The translations under genes and the position numbers were made by a program. A stretch of DNA of 64,000 nt, from assembly GCA_009859145.1 (NCBI GenBank), contig VRVR01000047.1:128934-192933 (forward strand). Direction: 5' to 3'. Positions 11,201-19,703 of the stretch are shown piece by piece; position 1 is the stretch's first letter; each line of letters begins with the position of its first letter. Under the pieces are notes generated by a model, which saw only the letters and a program-made list of their open reading frames with translations, was not told the origin of the DNA and ran no database searches. Origin of the DNA: Andalucia godoyi And28 (lineage: Eukaryota > Protista > Jakobida).

Positions 11201-14200
11201 GCCGAGGAGAGATTTTCATCTGCATCTGACTATTCTAGAAACCCAGATGAGCATATCGGTTCCGGCATCCGGAGTTCTCGATCTGAAGTTTCGTCATATC
11301 TGCGTGTCACATCATGTGCCAGGAAATGCAATCCGCCGAGTGCTTCCATCAGATTTGTTGGACTTCATTGGGGATTCTTCCGTGATTTTGGGTTCGCCGG
11401 CATTCTTGTCAGGGTCTCTTTTGCTTCATTTAATGGACAGCCTCTTTGCCTCATTGTCGTCATTGGAAGGCAAGTTCCGCTCTGTCGTTCCGGGAAGATC
11501 GGATTTTGGAGGATTTGATGCCATTCTGAAGGGATTTTCGCTAAACATCAGCTCTTCAAGAATTGCGGATGATGAAGGCATTGTTGCGAAATCCTTTGTT
11601 CTTGCAATTGAGCATCTTAATGCCATAATTCCCTCTCAAGATTTTGTCAAGGACTCTATTTTCAGACTTCGGTTGTTTGTGGAAATATTTAGAATAGCCT
11701 CGGAGCGGTGCTTGCCCGCGGCGGAAATGAACCAGTCGAAGAAGGAGTTTGGAAGAACCGCATGGGTTCCGGATGGAGAAGGGACTGAAGCTGATATCTT
11801 GTCTGATGACTCGTATGCTCCTCCTGGAAGAGATTCGAATCTGCAGCGGCAGTCGGAAACTGCGGATCGGTCGCCTGCAGAAGTTGTGCTCCATCCCCGT
11901 GTTTCCTGGAGCGGCGTAGTCGATTTCAAGGCAGCATGCATAGACATTTTGCTAGTTCCCAAATTGCGGGTGAGACATGCAATGGACAGGATATTTGTGT
12001 CAGTTTCAATGTCAGCGGAGGATCTTCGTACCGACGTTCATTTGTTCCCCAACAGGCTTGATTTTCAAGCGACAGCCGACATTGGAGGCTTGAAAGTGTT
12101 GCGACTTCCGCAATTGTGGATTTCGTACGCTGTACGAGGAATGGGATCAAGCCAGCATGCTATGGAAACACGTGTGGAGTTTGGCGTGGAGCACCTCGAG
12201 AACGTGATTACCGTGGACTTGTTGGATCATTTGCTATCCATTCGTCAGTCGATTCTCAGAGAATACGCATCGCATCTTGATAGTCGCGTCGACTATTCGG
12301 ACCTTGTCAAGAATGACCAGGACACGGAATCGGCATCGCAATCAGCAAATCAGGCGAAGAAGTCTGGGTCTCTGCTGGTGAAAGCACATTTTGAAGGTGT
12401 TCGGTTTGTATTCTTGTCCTCGTGTGCTGCATTCGTTGCGGATTCTGGTCCATTGTCTGGCATGTATTCTGCACCTGAAGAGGTGGCTCCGGAGTGGAGT
12501 TTGAGTCTTGATTCGCTTAGCATGTTTTTGGTGGATCCCGGTGATATCAAGTGGAGTAACACAACGCGCTTGCCGAATGGTCGTTTCTCTGACATTTCGG
12601 ATTGCTTTTTGTGGGCCGAGATCCGGTCTCGGTTCTTTGCTTCTAATCATATTACAGATTTCCGGATGGATGATGTTAATACCACCGACCATCGCGTACC
12701 GCGTTCATCTTCGAAGTCGAGTTCCAAGGATCGGTTGACTGATGGCGTTCCCGACTTCTCTGAAGTTAGCAGCGGCGGTGTTCGATCCGGAGATGCGACA
12801 ACGTCTCCAGATAAGAAATCAATTCCTTTATCACCGTTCGCAAAGATCTACGCCACTCTGTTTGACACTTGTGCAATGGTTCGACCGGGGTCCGTCGGAC
12901 AGGTGACGTTCTTGGTCAATCATTTCAGTGAAGCCTTTTCTCGATTCCAGGTGAAGGTTGCAAATTCCGAAATTTCTCATGTAGAAAAGCAGGCAATTGA
13001 AACCGCCAATGAGTACATCGAGGCGATGTCAAAGAGAGCGTTCATCAAAGGAAACGACGACGGCAATCTCTTTGACGACCAATCGCTGTCTTCCACTTCT
13101 GTCTTGCTTCGTATTGTGAACACATGGATTGCAGTGCCAATCGCAGACACTCCGTTTGCGTACGCGAAGCGAGCCATACCAGCAGGTTTGCACTGTTCGA
13201 TTGACCTGGTATCTGCACGCTTTTTACTCCGTCGCTCAGGCTCTTCAGGATTTTCTGCCACTTCTGAAGCCGATGATTCCACGGATCGTCTGATGTCTTC
13301 AACGGAATATCAAATTCGCAAACTTGACAAGGAGCTTTCCCGAGTTATCTCGAGGGCTGAACTGTCGACTTTGAAAGTCTGGCTGATGGAAAAATCTGTT
13401 GATATTCGTTTGCGTCCGACTGCTGGTGATTTTGGAAAGAGCGTCAACAAAGCGTGCCTCTCTTCTATTGCTGTAGATTCTTTTTCGACATCGTCAAAAG
13501 TTCGCTCTTCCTTGTCCATGTCTGTTGACATTTCAGCCCCAAAGGTGTCATTGGACGCGTCATCGATACCTTTGGTTTTCGATTTGGTGCATGATTGGAA
13601 TGCACCGAGTTCAAACTCGCTGTCCTTGTCACATGCAATTGCTGAAAATAAGAAGCACGTTCTCGAACTGAAAAAGGCGAAATCGGCAGGAAAAGGTTAT
13701 GGAAAGAATGCAAATACTGCGGGTGCTTCCGCATCCGATTCTTTCGGTTTATTTGAAAACAAAATTGAAGGGAGCATACAAATGGCTCCTGGGGAGATTG
13801 TAATCAAGGCGATGGGGAGCTATACCAAGAAGGTGATGAAATCGTTCATGAAGAAACTGCTCAGCGAAAAGGACTTTGTTGAAAACCGTCTTGCTCAAGT
13901 TCCGTTGCCCATGGTGAATGTTCGTTTCCGTTTGCGTTCCTTAATTGACGGAGCTCCTTCACCCGGCTTTTCTCTCCCTGGAGAAGGAGCAACCAGGAGT
14001 GCCATACATGGTATTGTTTCAAATTCGGTTGACGTCCCTCTGTTTGCCATGGTGGACGTCCAGTTCCCAGACTTTTCTATTGGTCCCCCGATTTTGTTCT
14101 TTGTTGAGGAAACCCGATTGACTCTTCGACAGCATATCCGCAACAGAGAGGACATCGCTTATCGAACGTCGGGAGACTCGGAAAAGAGCCGTAACCAGCT

Positions 14201-16922
14201 AGCATGGGTGAAGGCGAATCGTAGCGCCGTCGTCATCCAAAAAGTCTTCCGAGGTTCTTTGGTTCGCCGATGGATCAGGGACCAGCTAACGAAGAAAAAG
14301 AAAGAGAAGGAAACGGGATTTGCGAAAGCCGTGGATTCAGCGAAGGCCGGAGAGATGTCCAAAGCCGCATTGGCAGCAGTCAAGAAGTTTTCTTCCAAGT
14401 TGTCCCGTGTGCGTGAAGGACAGCAGAATCTCGCGGATGCTACTGTGGTTCCCACCACGCTTTCTTCATCGAATGCTTCTCGAGTTTACAAGAAGAGTTG
14501 GAACCGGTCCAAGGATGCCTACGCCGTGTTTGTGTTCTTGAAGCCCTTCTCGGTCTCCCTACTGTCGTCTGGAGAGACATCCGTTGTTTTGAGAACCACA
14601 CTTGAGAAGGACGTGACAGTATCATTGCTCGGCGTTCCGCATCACATTGCAGTGAAAGCTTCGCAAGCTGTCTCAGGGTCTGCAGCGCATGTTTCTGGAG
14701 GCTCCAAATCGAAGGCCAGTTTTGTCCCGTATGGTATGCAAGCAATCCATGCCAAGAATGCGGATACGAACTGCATTTCGCATCTCACAATTATCGAATG
14801 TCCTGATCGATTGTCGCTGGATTTATGCCCGCCTTCCAAAGCGTATGTGTGCGCGCGTCTTGATGTCGCAAATATCCGAGTCGTGATGGACAGAAGCCTT
14901 GGATTACGCCGAGATGCGCTGGGCTCCACGTTTTCCCAGCTGTTGATCGAGGAGATATTCGTTTATGGGAACCTAGACAAATTGGATGACACTTTGATAT
15001 TTTGCTATGCGTGGAAGTCTCGTCTGTCTGTTGTTCAGGGCGCCTTTGATGAGTCTTCAAATCTTCTGGAATCGCGGATTGCATCTTCTGGGCCTTCATC
15101 GATTACGCGAAAACTCGACGATCCCGTCGAAAGTGAAGCTCTGCGAACGATGAGATCTGCAATCATGGATTCCACGCGCACCAAGCTGCAGATCCTTCGA
15201 AAGCGATCCATTCCAACCGCTGCATACTATGCGCTCTTTGAGCGAATTCGTTTCCGCATTGACAATTCGGCATCTGGCATGGTTTCTGTGCGCGACGGCA
15301 GGATCAACCGACTGTCCTTTTCGATGTCAGACCGTGGATGTGTTGAAAATGAAAGGCGGAAGGTTCCTATTCAGATGGCTTTGAAGGTTGATGACCTTTC
15401 AGCTTCTCTTTCGGGTCGTCTGAATGGCCGTTTGGTTGTTGATAGAGTGGGATTGGACATTGTTCGATCATACCCGCAACCGAGAGACGCTCTAGCAGTC
15501 CTAGTGAAAGGATTACATAAGGGGGTGTTTGTCGTCTCTGGTGTTTCATTGGATCTGTTCAATTCGCATGGATATGTTCCTCCAAACTCTGCACCCATGT
15601 CTACAGGGAGCAGTGGGACATCGTCATCTGCGTCATCTTCTGCCGCCGTTTCGTCGTCCGTCTCCGCGGAGGACCGACTTTTAATGCTCAATCTCAAGGA
15701 ACATGTTGTCCACTTCAGAGATTTGTTTTTCGAGCCCCTCGATGGCTCCAAGAATTCTGTGGAACTGGTGGTTTCCTCACATGGCATTGACTTGCAAGTG
15801 TGTGGTGCTGCTGTGGATGAATTACATTCCTTGAGTGAGAGGGTGACGGCGATGTTTTACGACCAGTCTACTCAGGCGTATGCGATTGTCGCGGCGTCTG
15901 CAGGATCCTCTGCTTCGATGATGGAGGCCTCTGGTCTACGCGCGGAGTCCTTTGGAAGGATGCAAGCAGTGCAAGCAAGTGATTGTCGCACAGATGGCTC
16001 TCGTGCGATGGCATCGTCAAAGTTTGGGGCAGATGCCAACAGCTCCGGTCTGATGCGATTTGGGGAGCCGGTTTTAGCAACGGGTTCCGTGTCTGTTTAT
16101 TTGACCTCTATCAACATGAACGTGTATGAAAACACGTTTGGCGACAAGGATCATTTGAAGTTGAATGTTGGAAAGTGCCGAATCCAATCCGCCTGTCTGC
16201 CGTTGTTTTCAGAAAAACTTGTTAGGCATCACTTGGAGATTCTTTTGTTTGAGAAATTATTAATCGCCAAGGAATCCGTTTCGTCGTTGTCCCGCGTGTT
16301 AGAGTTGAATGTCATGACTCTGCAAATGGATTCACAGGAGAATCTGGGCGGAAATCCCCCCACTCTCACGTATGCCTTTGTTTCCAAGTTCCCGAACACG
16401 ATTGTGGTCACGCCAAACATTCCCGAGTATGACTATGTACGCCGTGTACTCGGCAGGCTTTCTCATCCAGATGCGAATGCGTCTTCCACTTCAGCAGGCG
16501 CTTCAGCAGTGTCTTTGTCCGCTTCCATTTCTTCCAGCCGTTCTTCCATGGATCTTCGAGACGAGGACGATGATGAGGGCCCGAGCAGCAACTCACCGTC
16601 TCTACCCGTCGATCCACATGTCTACATTTGCCGTACTTTTGAGATGGAGCCTGCGATTTCTGTTCTTGGCGACTTCACCCCACGAGTGGAGACCGTATTG
16701 GGCTACATGGGCATATCAGACCATCGGAATGTCATTCCTCGAGCGACGTTTGAGTTCCTCACGCTTTCTCTCGATTCGCTGCTTGAAGCTGCTAACCAGG
16801 CCTCGGACTCGCTGGACTCGACATTTGATCCATGGATGAACTATATGCGTCGCGAGCGATCTCTGGCTGCCACTGTCCTGCGTTCTCGTAATCGCAGTCC
16901 ATCGTCTGTCGACTTGGAGTAA
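5229..16922 (+). CDS. BLTP1: Bridge-like lipid transfer protein 1 (KIAA1109/Tweek/Csf1 family), ~3897 aa, single exon
   Basis: N-terminal TM (WTIALGVLFVFYLLFSSRLVGIVV) then IGSVSFAFLGGKILLKNIQY, YGPWADHQRDVLTKFLNPWD, IDFPYPLQWNGLYDWSF; C-terminal FEMEPAISVLGDFTPRVETVLGYMGI. Giant beta-rich ORF; first ATG at 5229. Confidence 0.85.
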   Translation: MSTPSSSEVNTEEQLDPIYITWTIALGVLFVFYLLFSSRLVGIVVTMVCKFALSGGQTLRIGSVSFAFLGGKILLKNIQYASKASSLIAADGVVSIKWYRRPPDPSPNPRFGMPRIRISLSAVEFCLFNNSGKYDHLGNLLSDRDGKKDAAITISQDPSGNKPPGSTWENNIPGWYKSMGGADLDFQGLSIMVGNRALKTMTVVHSKKSFGIFRLDRARSSLDWYKNVLELTMKNPIILMVPNPDYDHRIVHSGSSDDKAGVPTHSRHRVEDFVKDSLSTFKTFFKDVRFAFFAQDDISESDDGHDQAGWKGTWKSPAGADKGVEEDLESVLKKYDIYRGHAEKRQSDISRVLVAQQLHLQYYWDSPGVFPDTPDPPVFDDDTACEQGMVITLKKGSLTYGPWADHQRDVLTKFLNPWDRQSIPLYVPKPGMLRDYTRFDVLITFDDDAELVIPYRKYAAFPQLAAKLAPQDELAFYRIDLAGGSTITFSMSWMTPKPEGMCYSKMSFNLRNAVIRNSLTGYKNFISTPSFQIFIDFPYPLQWNGLYDWSFTFDFGDATMYYTSQQGNAINDLIWDWTTYEPSAFRLPENLAHFCPTIFRYKIIMGKSAILVPANPYNVMVMEKFDDLDVNSYVIIRVPKLSATISQYWLTFDAQTTQMDFNADFRDMEFSLNLPHTSRSILSMESGPFLRLQEVSLNGVYYYYNRVHQEYVDGCSINVSLKNSQIRLLHPYVQALSYMSDNLFGASKFIVSPQEFAEKKANVLYAEYVKMIDPTPHNPFEFSLFLDAFNSSADFPRGLHGGKELSGRLLVQEVAVEMRTMPDHVDTVVSTSPITLLFPSTSKQSAELRKGLDVASGPRVYVGIESILLHSQSCYSPPPESLLYASDIQVSVGEISGCLNPHHARALTDWAESFVTLSKLPPPTVHVGLYDDRREVEDEKTDLHFMSSLFSHNRLELSCQPMSLLLADRLSLIHLQCGSGMSFRRDSLANLKYQSKSVLAVPQVGVHFFVEGEFSRSQQARWLEVGRIDTGISVSHFNKSDVFLKDPKSFVSDQLSYLLKCDASNKLWYLKDVSDAKNFYKFVDLPTDTPYATKEPDPFTSSSRLSLGGSAGINVSMSSLRSRSVAMSVSSAMPSVSSSNPSEDEDSDSWHTAASGESGHNTAFLEDPLDASGFSSAVWVPSAEATEAHDASKAAENASSLNITLNCMPLSTYQRFLHKYSFDTERGVFAPVSVSRVSRIGILSPFPSLSFRMSSNEGVPRANCCSGSSFYRVRSVYREGMNGRQRMPGDMDGNADLDDGSSVYIGVGDGSALFGGSSGAYGKARSVFMSSERRSDEEDFFADVGADSSSCHGIVHADFLQCLDVLVTPALLDVSKVIMDSFTSLFADASSFLDYAERTFFSHLASAANPTEDASVDSKPPVFHQYRTLYAVSLSAMIIRSFQGFRHDPLQPQGVSDKLVKAPKLAETFCVLSLSASDVFGFYTHDPVRKFPSTFDESKLIVKSCDLCLQDLPSNRDFASPSSSSFPAIDVAKLPSRLKHASKLREKAPLLCAFLLSDLSVTLSSNSGSKPMAHRSSIDISPQLLPKKTVSGVLFEVSVSDVFTYAVDQSLLVIASLTQMWSDASSSILSFWTVCQNRFSIGYMSTVTLLQDRVISTPGLNVLDPLNKLHLLLSAFRDLSERELSSLSRRVSHYVLNTGKRVVQSTAPTAPAANRKSLRSASIAVSFPPVNADGDDLEDSRLTPEQMATKQLFALRDQLHPQLREFGFSPWLFFEASPSARGSAERQIGGSLSSTEFKVSLERISVLMADTCHPSLLIPPPSTDLSVRRLYPTQADIESSLSRLHEIECRHLSVRGLLREERSLFSELYEDDMSGMSASSFLHLQNSSKESPALLSLGILIVSMGKFRVDLSPSFLFFIRHLIEAGERFSAMSAEGKVTLSKKEKDYGARESRGSSVLVTRSMDGHRPGSSISPSFPSFSGSGRNSPVPFKPRRDFHLHLTILETQMSISVPASGVLDLKFRHICVSHHVPGNAIRRVLPSDLLDFIGDSSVILGSPAFLSGSLLLHLMDSLFASLSSLEGKFRSVVPGRSDFGGFDAILKGFSLNISSSRIADDEGIVAKSFVLAIEHLNAIIPSQDFVKDSIFRLRLFVEIFRIASERCLPAAEMNQSKKEFGRTAWVPDGEGTEADILSDDSYAPPGRDSNLQRQSETADRSPAEVVLHPRVSWSGVVDFKAACIDILLVPKLRVRHAMDRIFVSVSMSAEDLRTDVHLFPNRLDFQATADIGGLKVLRLPQLWISYAVRGMGSSQHAMETRVEFGVEHLENVITVDLLDHLLSIRQSILREYASHLDSRVDYSDLVKNDQDTESASQSANQAKKSGSLLVKAHFEGVRFVFLSSCAAFVADSGPLSGMYSAPEEVAPEWSLSLDSLSMFLVDPGDIKWSNTTRLPNGRFSDISDCFLWAEIRSRFFASNHITDFRMDDVNTTDHRVPRSSSKSSSKDRLTDGVPDFSEVSSGGVRSGDATTSPDKKSIPLSPFAKIYATLFDTCAMVRPGSVGQVTFLVNHFSEAFSRFQVKVANSEISHVEKQAIETANEYIEAMSKRAFIKGNDDGNLFDDQSLSSTSVLLRIVNTWIAVPIADTPFAYAKRAIPAGLHCSIDLVSARFLLRRSGSSGFSATSEADDSTDRLMSSTEYQIRKLDKELSRVISRAELSTLKVWLMEKSVDIRLRPTAGDFGKSVNKACLSSIAVDSFSTSSKVRSSLSMSVDISAPKVSLDASSIPLVFDLVHDWNAPSSNSLSLSHAIAENKKHVLELKKAKSAGKGYGKNANTAGASASDSFGLFENKIEGSIQMAPGEIVIKAMGSYTKKVMKSFMKKLLSEKDFVENRLAQVPLPMVNVRFRLRSLIDGAPSPGFSLPGEGATRSAIHGIVSNSVDVPLFAMVDVQFPDFSIGPPILFFVEETRLTLRQHIRNREDIAYRTSGDSEKSRNQLAWVKANRSAVVIQKVFRGSLVRRWIRDQLTKKKKEKETGFAKAVDSAKAGEMSKAALAAVKKFSSKLSRVREGQQNLADATVVPTTLSSSNASRVYKKSWNRSKDAYAVFVFLKPFSVSLLSSGETSVVLRTTLEKDVTVSLLGVPHHIAVKASQAVSGSAAHVSGGSKSKASFVPYGMQAIHAKNADTNCISHLTIIECPDRLSLDLCPPSKAYVCARLDVANIRVVMDRSLGLRRDALGSTFSQLLIEEIFVYGNLDKLDDTLIFCYAWKSRLSVVQGAFDESSNLLESRIASSGPSSITRKLDDPVESEALRTMRSAIMDSTRTKLQILRKRSIPTAAYYALFERIRFRIDNSASGMVSVRDGRINRLSFSMSDRGCVENERRKVPIQMALKVDDLSASLSGRLNGRLVVDRVGLDIVRSYPQPRDALAVLVKGLHKGVFVVSGVSLDLFNSHGYVPPNSAPMSTGSSGTSSSASSSAAVSSSVSAEDRLLMLNLKEHVVHFRDLFFEPLDGSKNSVELVVSSHGIDLQVCGAAVDELHSLSERVTAMFYDQSTQAYAIVAASAGSSASMMEASGLRAESFGRMQAVQASDCRTDGSRAMASSKFGADANSSGLMRFGEPVLATGSVSVYLTSINMNVYENTFGDKDHLKLNVGKCRIQSACLPLFSEKLVRHHLEILLFEKLLIAKESVSSLSRVLELNVMTLQMDSQENLGGNPPTLTYAFVSKFPNTIVVTPNIPEYDYVRRVLGRLSHPDANASSTSAGASAVSLSASISSSRSSMDLRDEDDDEGPSSNSPSLPVDPHVYICRTFEMEPAISVLGDFTPRVETVLGYMGISDHRNVIPRATFEFLTLSLDSLLEAANQASDSLDSTFDPWMNYMRRERSLAATVLRSRNRSPSSVDLE

Positions 16923-16977
16923 ACACCACCAGTTGATCCAGCTCCGTCAAGTAGAACGCGCACTTCTTTTACTTTTT

Positions 16978-17015
<38 letters not shown>

Positions 17016-17177
17016 TGTGTTGTCTGTTGTTGTTGCGTTCCTTTCTTCTCCGCTCCTTGAAGGAGCCAAAAAAAAAAAAAAAAAAAAAACGTTTTGACAA
17101 CCACAACATGCTCATTCCCAATTTCCCAGCACATCTTCCACCATCTTCATTTCGATTGGAGAGCGAGAAGTGCAGAT

Positions 17178-17570
17178 TTATGAACTACCGCAGCACCCGC
17201 ACGCACCGCAAGTGGACCAGTACTTCCAAGTTCCACCACCCCAGCGCCACACATCAATAGCGCACTGAAGGTTGTTTCCAACATCGCACGGGGCTTGACC
17301 GCCGTTGCATGCATTCCAGTTGAAGGAGTTAACCTGCCAGAGACCGGCATCGGTAGATCCATCCGAGTTTGCATTGCATGCGTGGTAGTTTCCACTAGAC
17401 TCGTGCTGGACGATGCACTGGCAGCATCCCTGGGACCAGCCAGAGAACTGAGAGCATGCCGACGCAATGTCGGTGTAAGCAGCGCCTCCGCACACGGAGC
17501 ATCCGCCAGCATAAGCTGCAGCCACAAGAGCGGCGCAGAGAACAACACAAAGTGCAAAACGCATGTTCAT
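17178..17570 (-). CDS. Secreted Cys-rich lysozyme-like protein (c-type/GH22-like or SLT/GH23-like fold)
   Basis: Signal peptide MRFALCVVLCAALVAAAYA; HESSGNYHACNANSDGSTDAGLWQVN matches the c-type lysozyme ES..N..A.N.N.DGSTD.G..Q.N signature with the catalytic Glu and Asp; ATG at 17570 or 17564. Confidence 0.85.
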   Translation of the reverse strand: MNMRFALCVVLCAALVAAAYAGGCSVCGGAAYTDIASACSQFSGWSQGCCQCIVQHESSGNYHACNANSDGSTDAGLWQVNSFNWNACNGGQAPCDVGNNLQCAIDVWRWGGGTWKYWSTCGACGCCGSS

Positions 17571-18002
17571 TAAGGTTGTTCTGTTGTGGATAAAAACTGA
17601 TAAGATGCGAAAACGAACACACACAGCAAAAACAAAAACAAAAGGTTAAAAAACTAAAAAGGATAGCGGAGATTGCGCAGATTGCGGAGAAACGGTCTTC
17701 CGGGCATTCCCTGTCAGTGCAATGTGACAGTGACACTCTGACAGGTGCGAAGGCAGGAAAATGTCCGACGGAATTTGATGTCAACTGTGATCTTATGCGG
17801 GCTGCGACATGTGTGTCGGACACTCCAGATGAGGATGCTGATGATGCGTGTGTGTGTGTGTGTGTGTGGCACGTGGGAAGTTACACCCGAGGTTCCCCCG
17901 ACCTAACAACGACAAGACATCATTGCAGCGTAGAGGTCGAGCAAAGCAAGGGTAAATCAGAAGAATAGCATTTATTTGCATAGAACGGAACCTTTCATCA
18001 TC

Positions 18003-19514
18003 ATGACGACGATGACGGTGATGCACCCGTTTGATGAGTGGGCTGCAACTGCACAATCTGTTGAAATACTCACATTACCATCGGGACGTCCAGATTTGGA
18101 ACATTTGTGTTCGACCATTGGGGAATTTTTCGCTGACGTGTACGCGTGTTGTGAAGAAGACCAGGATCTGGATGAACAGGCCAAGAGGACCAAGCTGGAT
18201 TCTGTGCTGTGTATCAAGTTCCCCGGAGAAGATGGTCTTAGCGTCTATGAGCGCCAACAGCTTAGACTCTTGCTGTACGCTCGCAAGGCAGACTTTCTAT
18301 ATCTTTTGGATCCTCGAAATAACGATTTTTACCTCGTTAGTGCTGCTCATTCATTAGCATCAGAAATTGAAGACAATCTGTTTGCGCGGTTCTGCAACGA
18401 CTACTATGAACCACCCGTGTTTGGGTTGGCGGATTTGTACCCGAATCAGCATCATCCTCATGGCCAGGATGAGACGCAGGAGGAGCTCAAAGGCGCTCGG
18501 CATAGTGCAAAGCAGTTTTTCGAGCAGAACGGATTTGTCGTTGTCAGGGATGCGATTTCCGAGAAACTTCAAACGGAATTCGTGGACTCTGCCTGGAGAT
18601 TCCTCGATGAATCGGCTGCAGACAGCGGCGGAACAGGAGTCCACATCCGTCCGGACAATCCCGAAAGCTGGTCCAACGGCAACTATCCGGTGAGCTCGGC
18701 TGGCATCTATTCGTCGGACGCAGCTCATCGACCTGCCTCGTGGGCAGTGCGAGAAGCTGTGTATCCGTTTTTCATTCCGTTTTACTACCCGGAGGCGACT
18801 TCCCCGCCCACTGAGTCGAAATTGGACGAAGCAATCGAGAGGTTTCCGCTGATGTCGTCGTTTGACGGCATTAGCATCCTTCGAGCGACTGGAGGCCCAC
18901 ATGGAAAGCTGGAGTGGGAGACTCGTCGAAATTGGCTCCATGTGGATTCGGACGGCAAAAAGCAAGCAGACGCCGACCCGAACTACGCCGATCGCCTTGG
19001 CTTGCAAGCTTTTGTGAACGTTTCTGGAACTGACGGAACACAAAGGCTTGGTGGATCGTTTGTCTGCGTCGTTGGATCGCACCTGCACTTTGCAGAGTGG
19101 TTCCGCAAGGGTGGTTACGGGGTTCCGGGTTTGATGTTCACGTCGGTTTTGCACGATGATCCAATGAAGTTGTGCAAAATGAGCAGGATTATCTGTCCGG
19201 ATCGCGCGATTTTGATCTGGGAAGATCGTTTGTTCCACTGCAATCAACCGAATGCTTCCGAAAAATTTCGTTTTGCACAGTATGTGAATATGGTACCAAA
19301 GTCTTGGGTCAGTGAAGATGTTAGGCATGAGCGCATTAAAGCATTTGAATCTGGAATGTCCACGACGCACTGGGTGCATTTGTTCAAGGTTTCCGGAATG
19401 ACTACAATTCATCCGTATCGTCCTGCTCGCCTTACCGACGTCGGGCGCATGCTCGTCGGCTACAGTCCTGGAGAGCACCCGCACGGACAAAAGTCTCGTT
19501 GCGCACTTCAGTAA
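18003..19514 (+). CDS. Phytanoyl-CoA dioxygenase (PhyH)-like Fe(II)/2-oxoglutarate dioxygenase with N-terminal extension and C-terminal CaaX (CALQ)
   Basis: FFEQNGFVVVRDAI; HxD triad start WLHVDS; GLQAFVNVS; GGSFVCVVGSH; distal His in LIWEDRLFHCNQPN; RFAQYVNM. First ATG at 18003. Confidence 0.75.
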   Translation: MTTMTVMHPFDEWAATAQSVEILTLPSGRPDLEHLCSTIGEFFADVYACCEEDQDLDEQAKRTKLDSVLCIKFPGEDGLSVYERQQLRLLLYARKADFLYLLDPRNNDFYLVSAAHSLASEIEDNLFARFCNDYYEPPVFGLADLYPNQHHPHGQDETQEELKGARHSAKQFFEQNGFVVVRDAISEKLQTEFVDSAWRFLDESAADSGGTGVHIRPDNPESWSNGNYPVSSAGIYSSDAAHRPASWAVREAVYPFFIPFYYPEATSPPTESKLDEAIERFPLMSSFDGISILRATGGPHGKLEWETRRNWLHVDSDGKKQADADPNYADRLGLQAFVNVSGTDGTQRLGGSFVCVVGSHLHFAEWFRKGGYGVPGLMFTSVLHDDPMKLCKMSRIICPDRAILIWEDRLFHCNQPNASEKFRFAQYVNMVPKSWVSEDVRHERIKAFESGMSTTHWVHLFKVSGMTTIHPYRPARLTDVGRMLVGYSPGEHPHGQKSRCALQ

Positions 19515-19703
19515 CGAGTGTATCCAATAAGAACGGTTGCAGTCGTCGTCGTCGTCGTCGTCGTTGTGGTTGTGGTTGTGGTTGTGGTTGCTGCCATTGT
19601 TGTTTTTGTTTACACTGCTGCAAAGTTAGTAATTTTTTAAATTATTATTATTATTTTTTGGGAACAATAATAAATGCGTGGCTGCAATAGCACGGGACGA
19701 GCT

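Noticed and set aside
18360-19490. Long antisense ORFs (e.g. 18360-19490, 34584-35546, 48510-49391, 51285-52190, 62485-63366)
   Set aside because: They are shadows of well-supported sense genes in GC-balanced coding DNA and have no motifs of their own.
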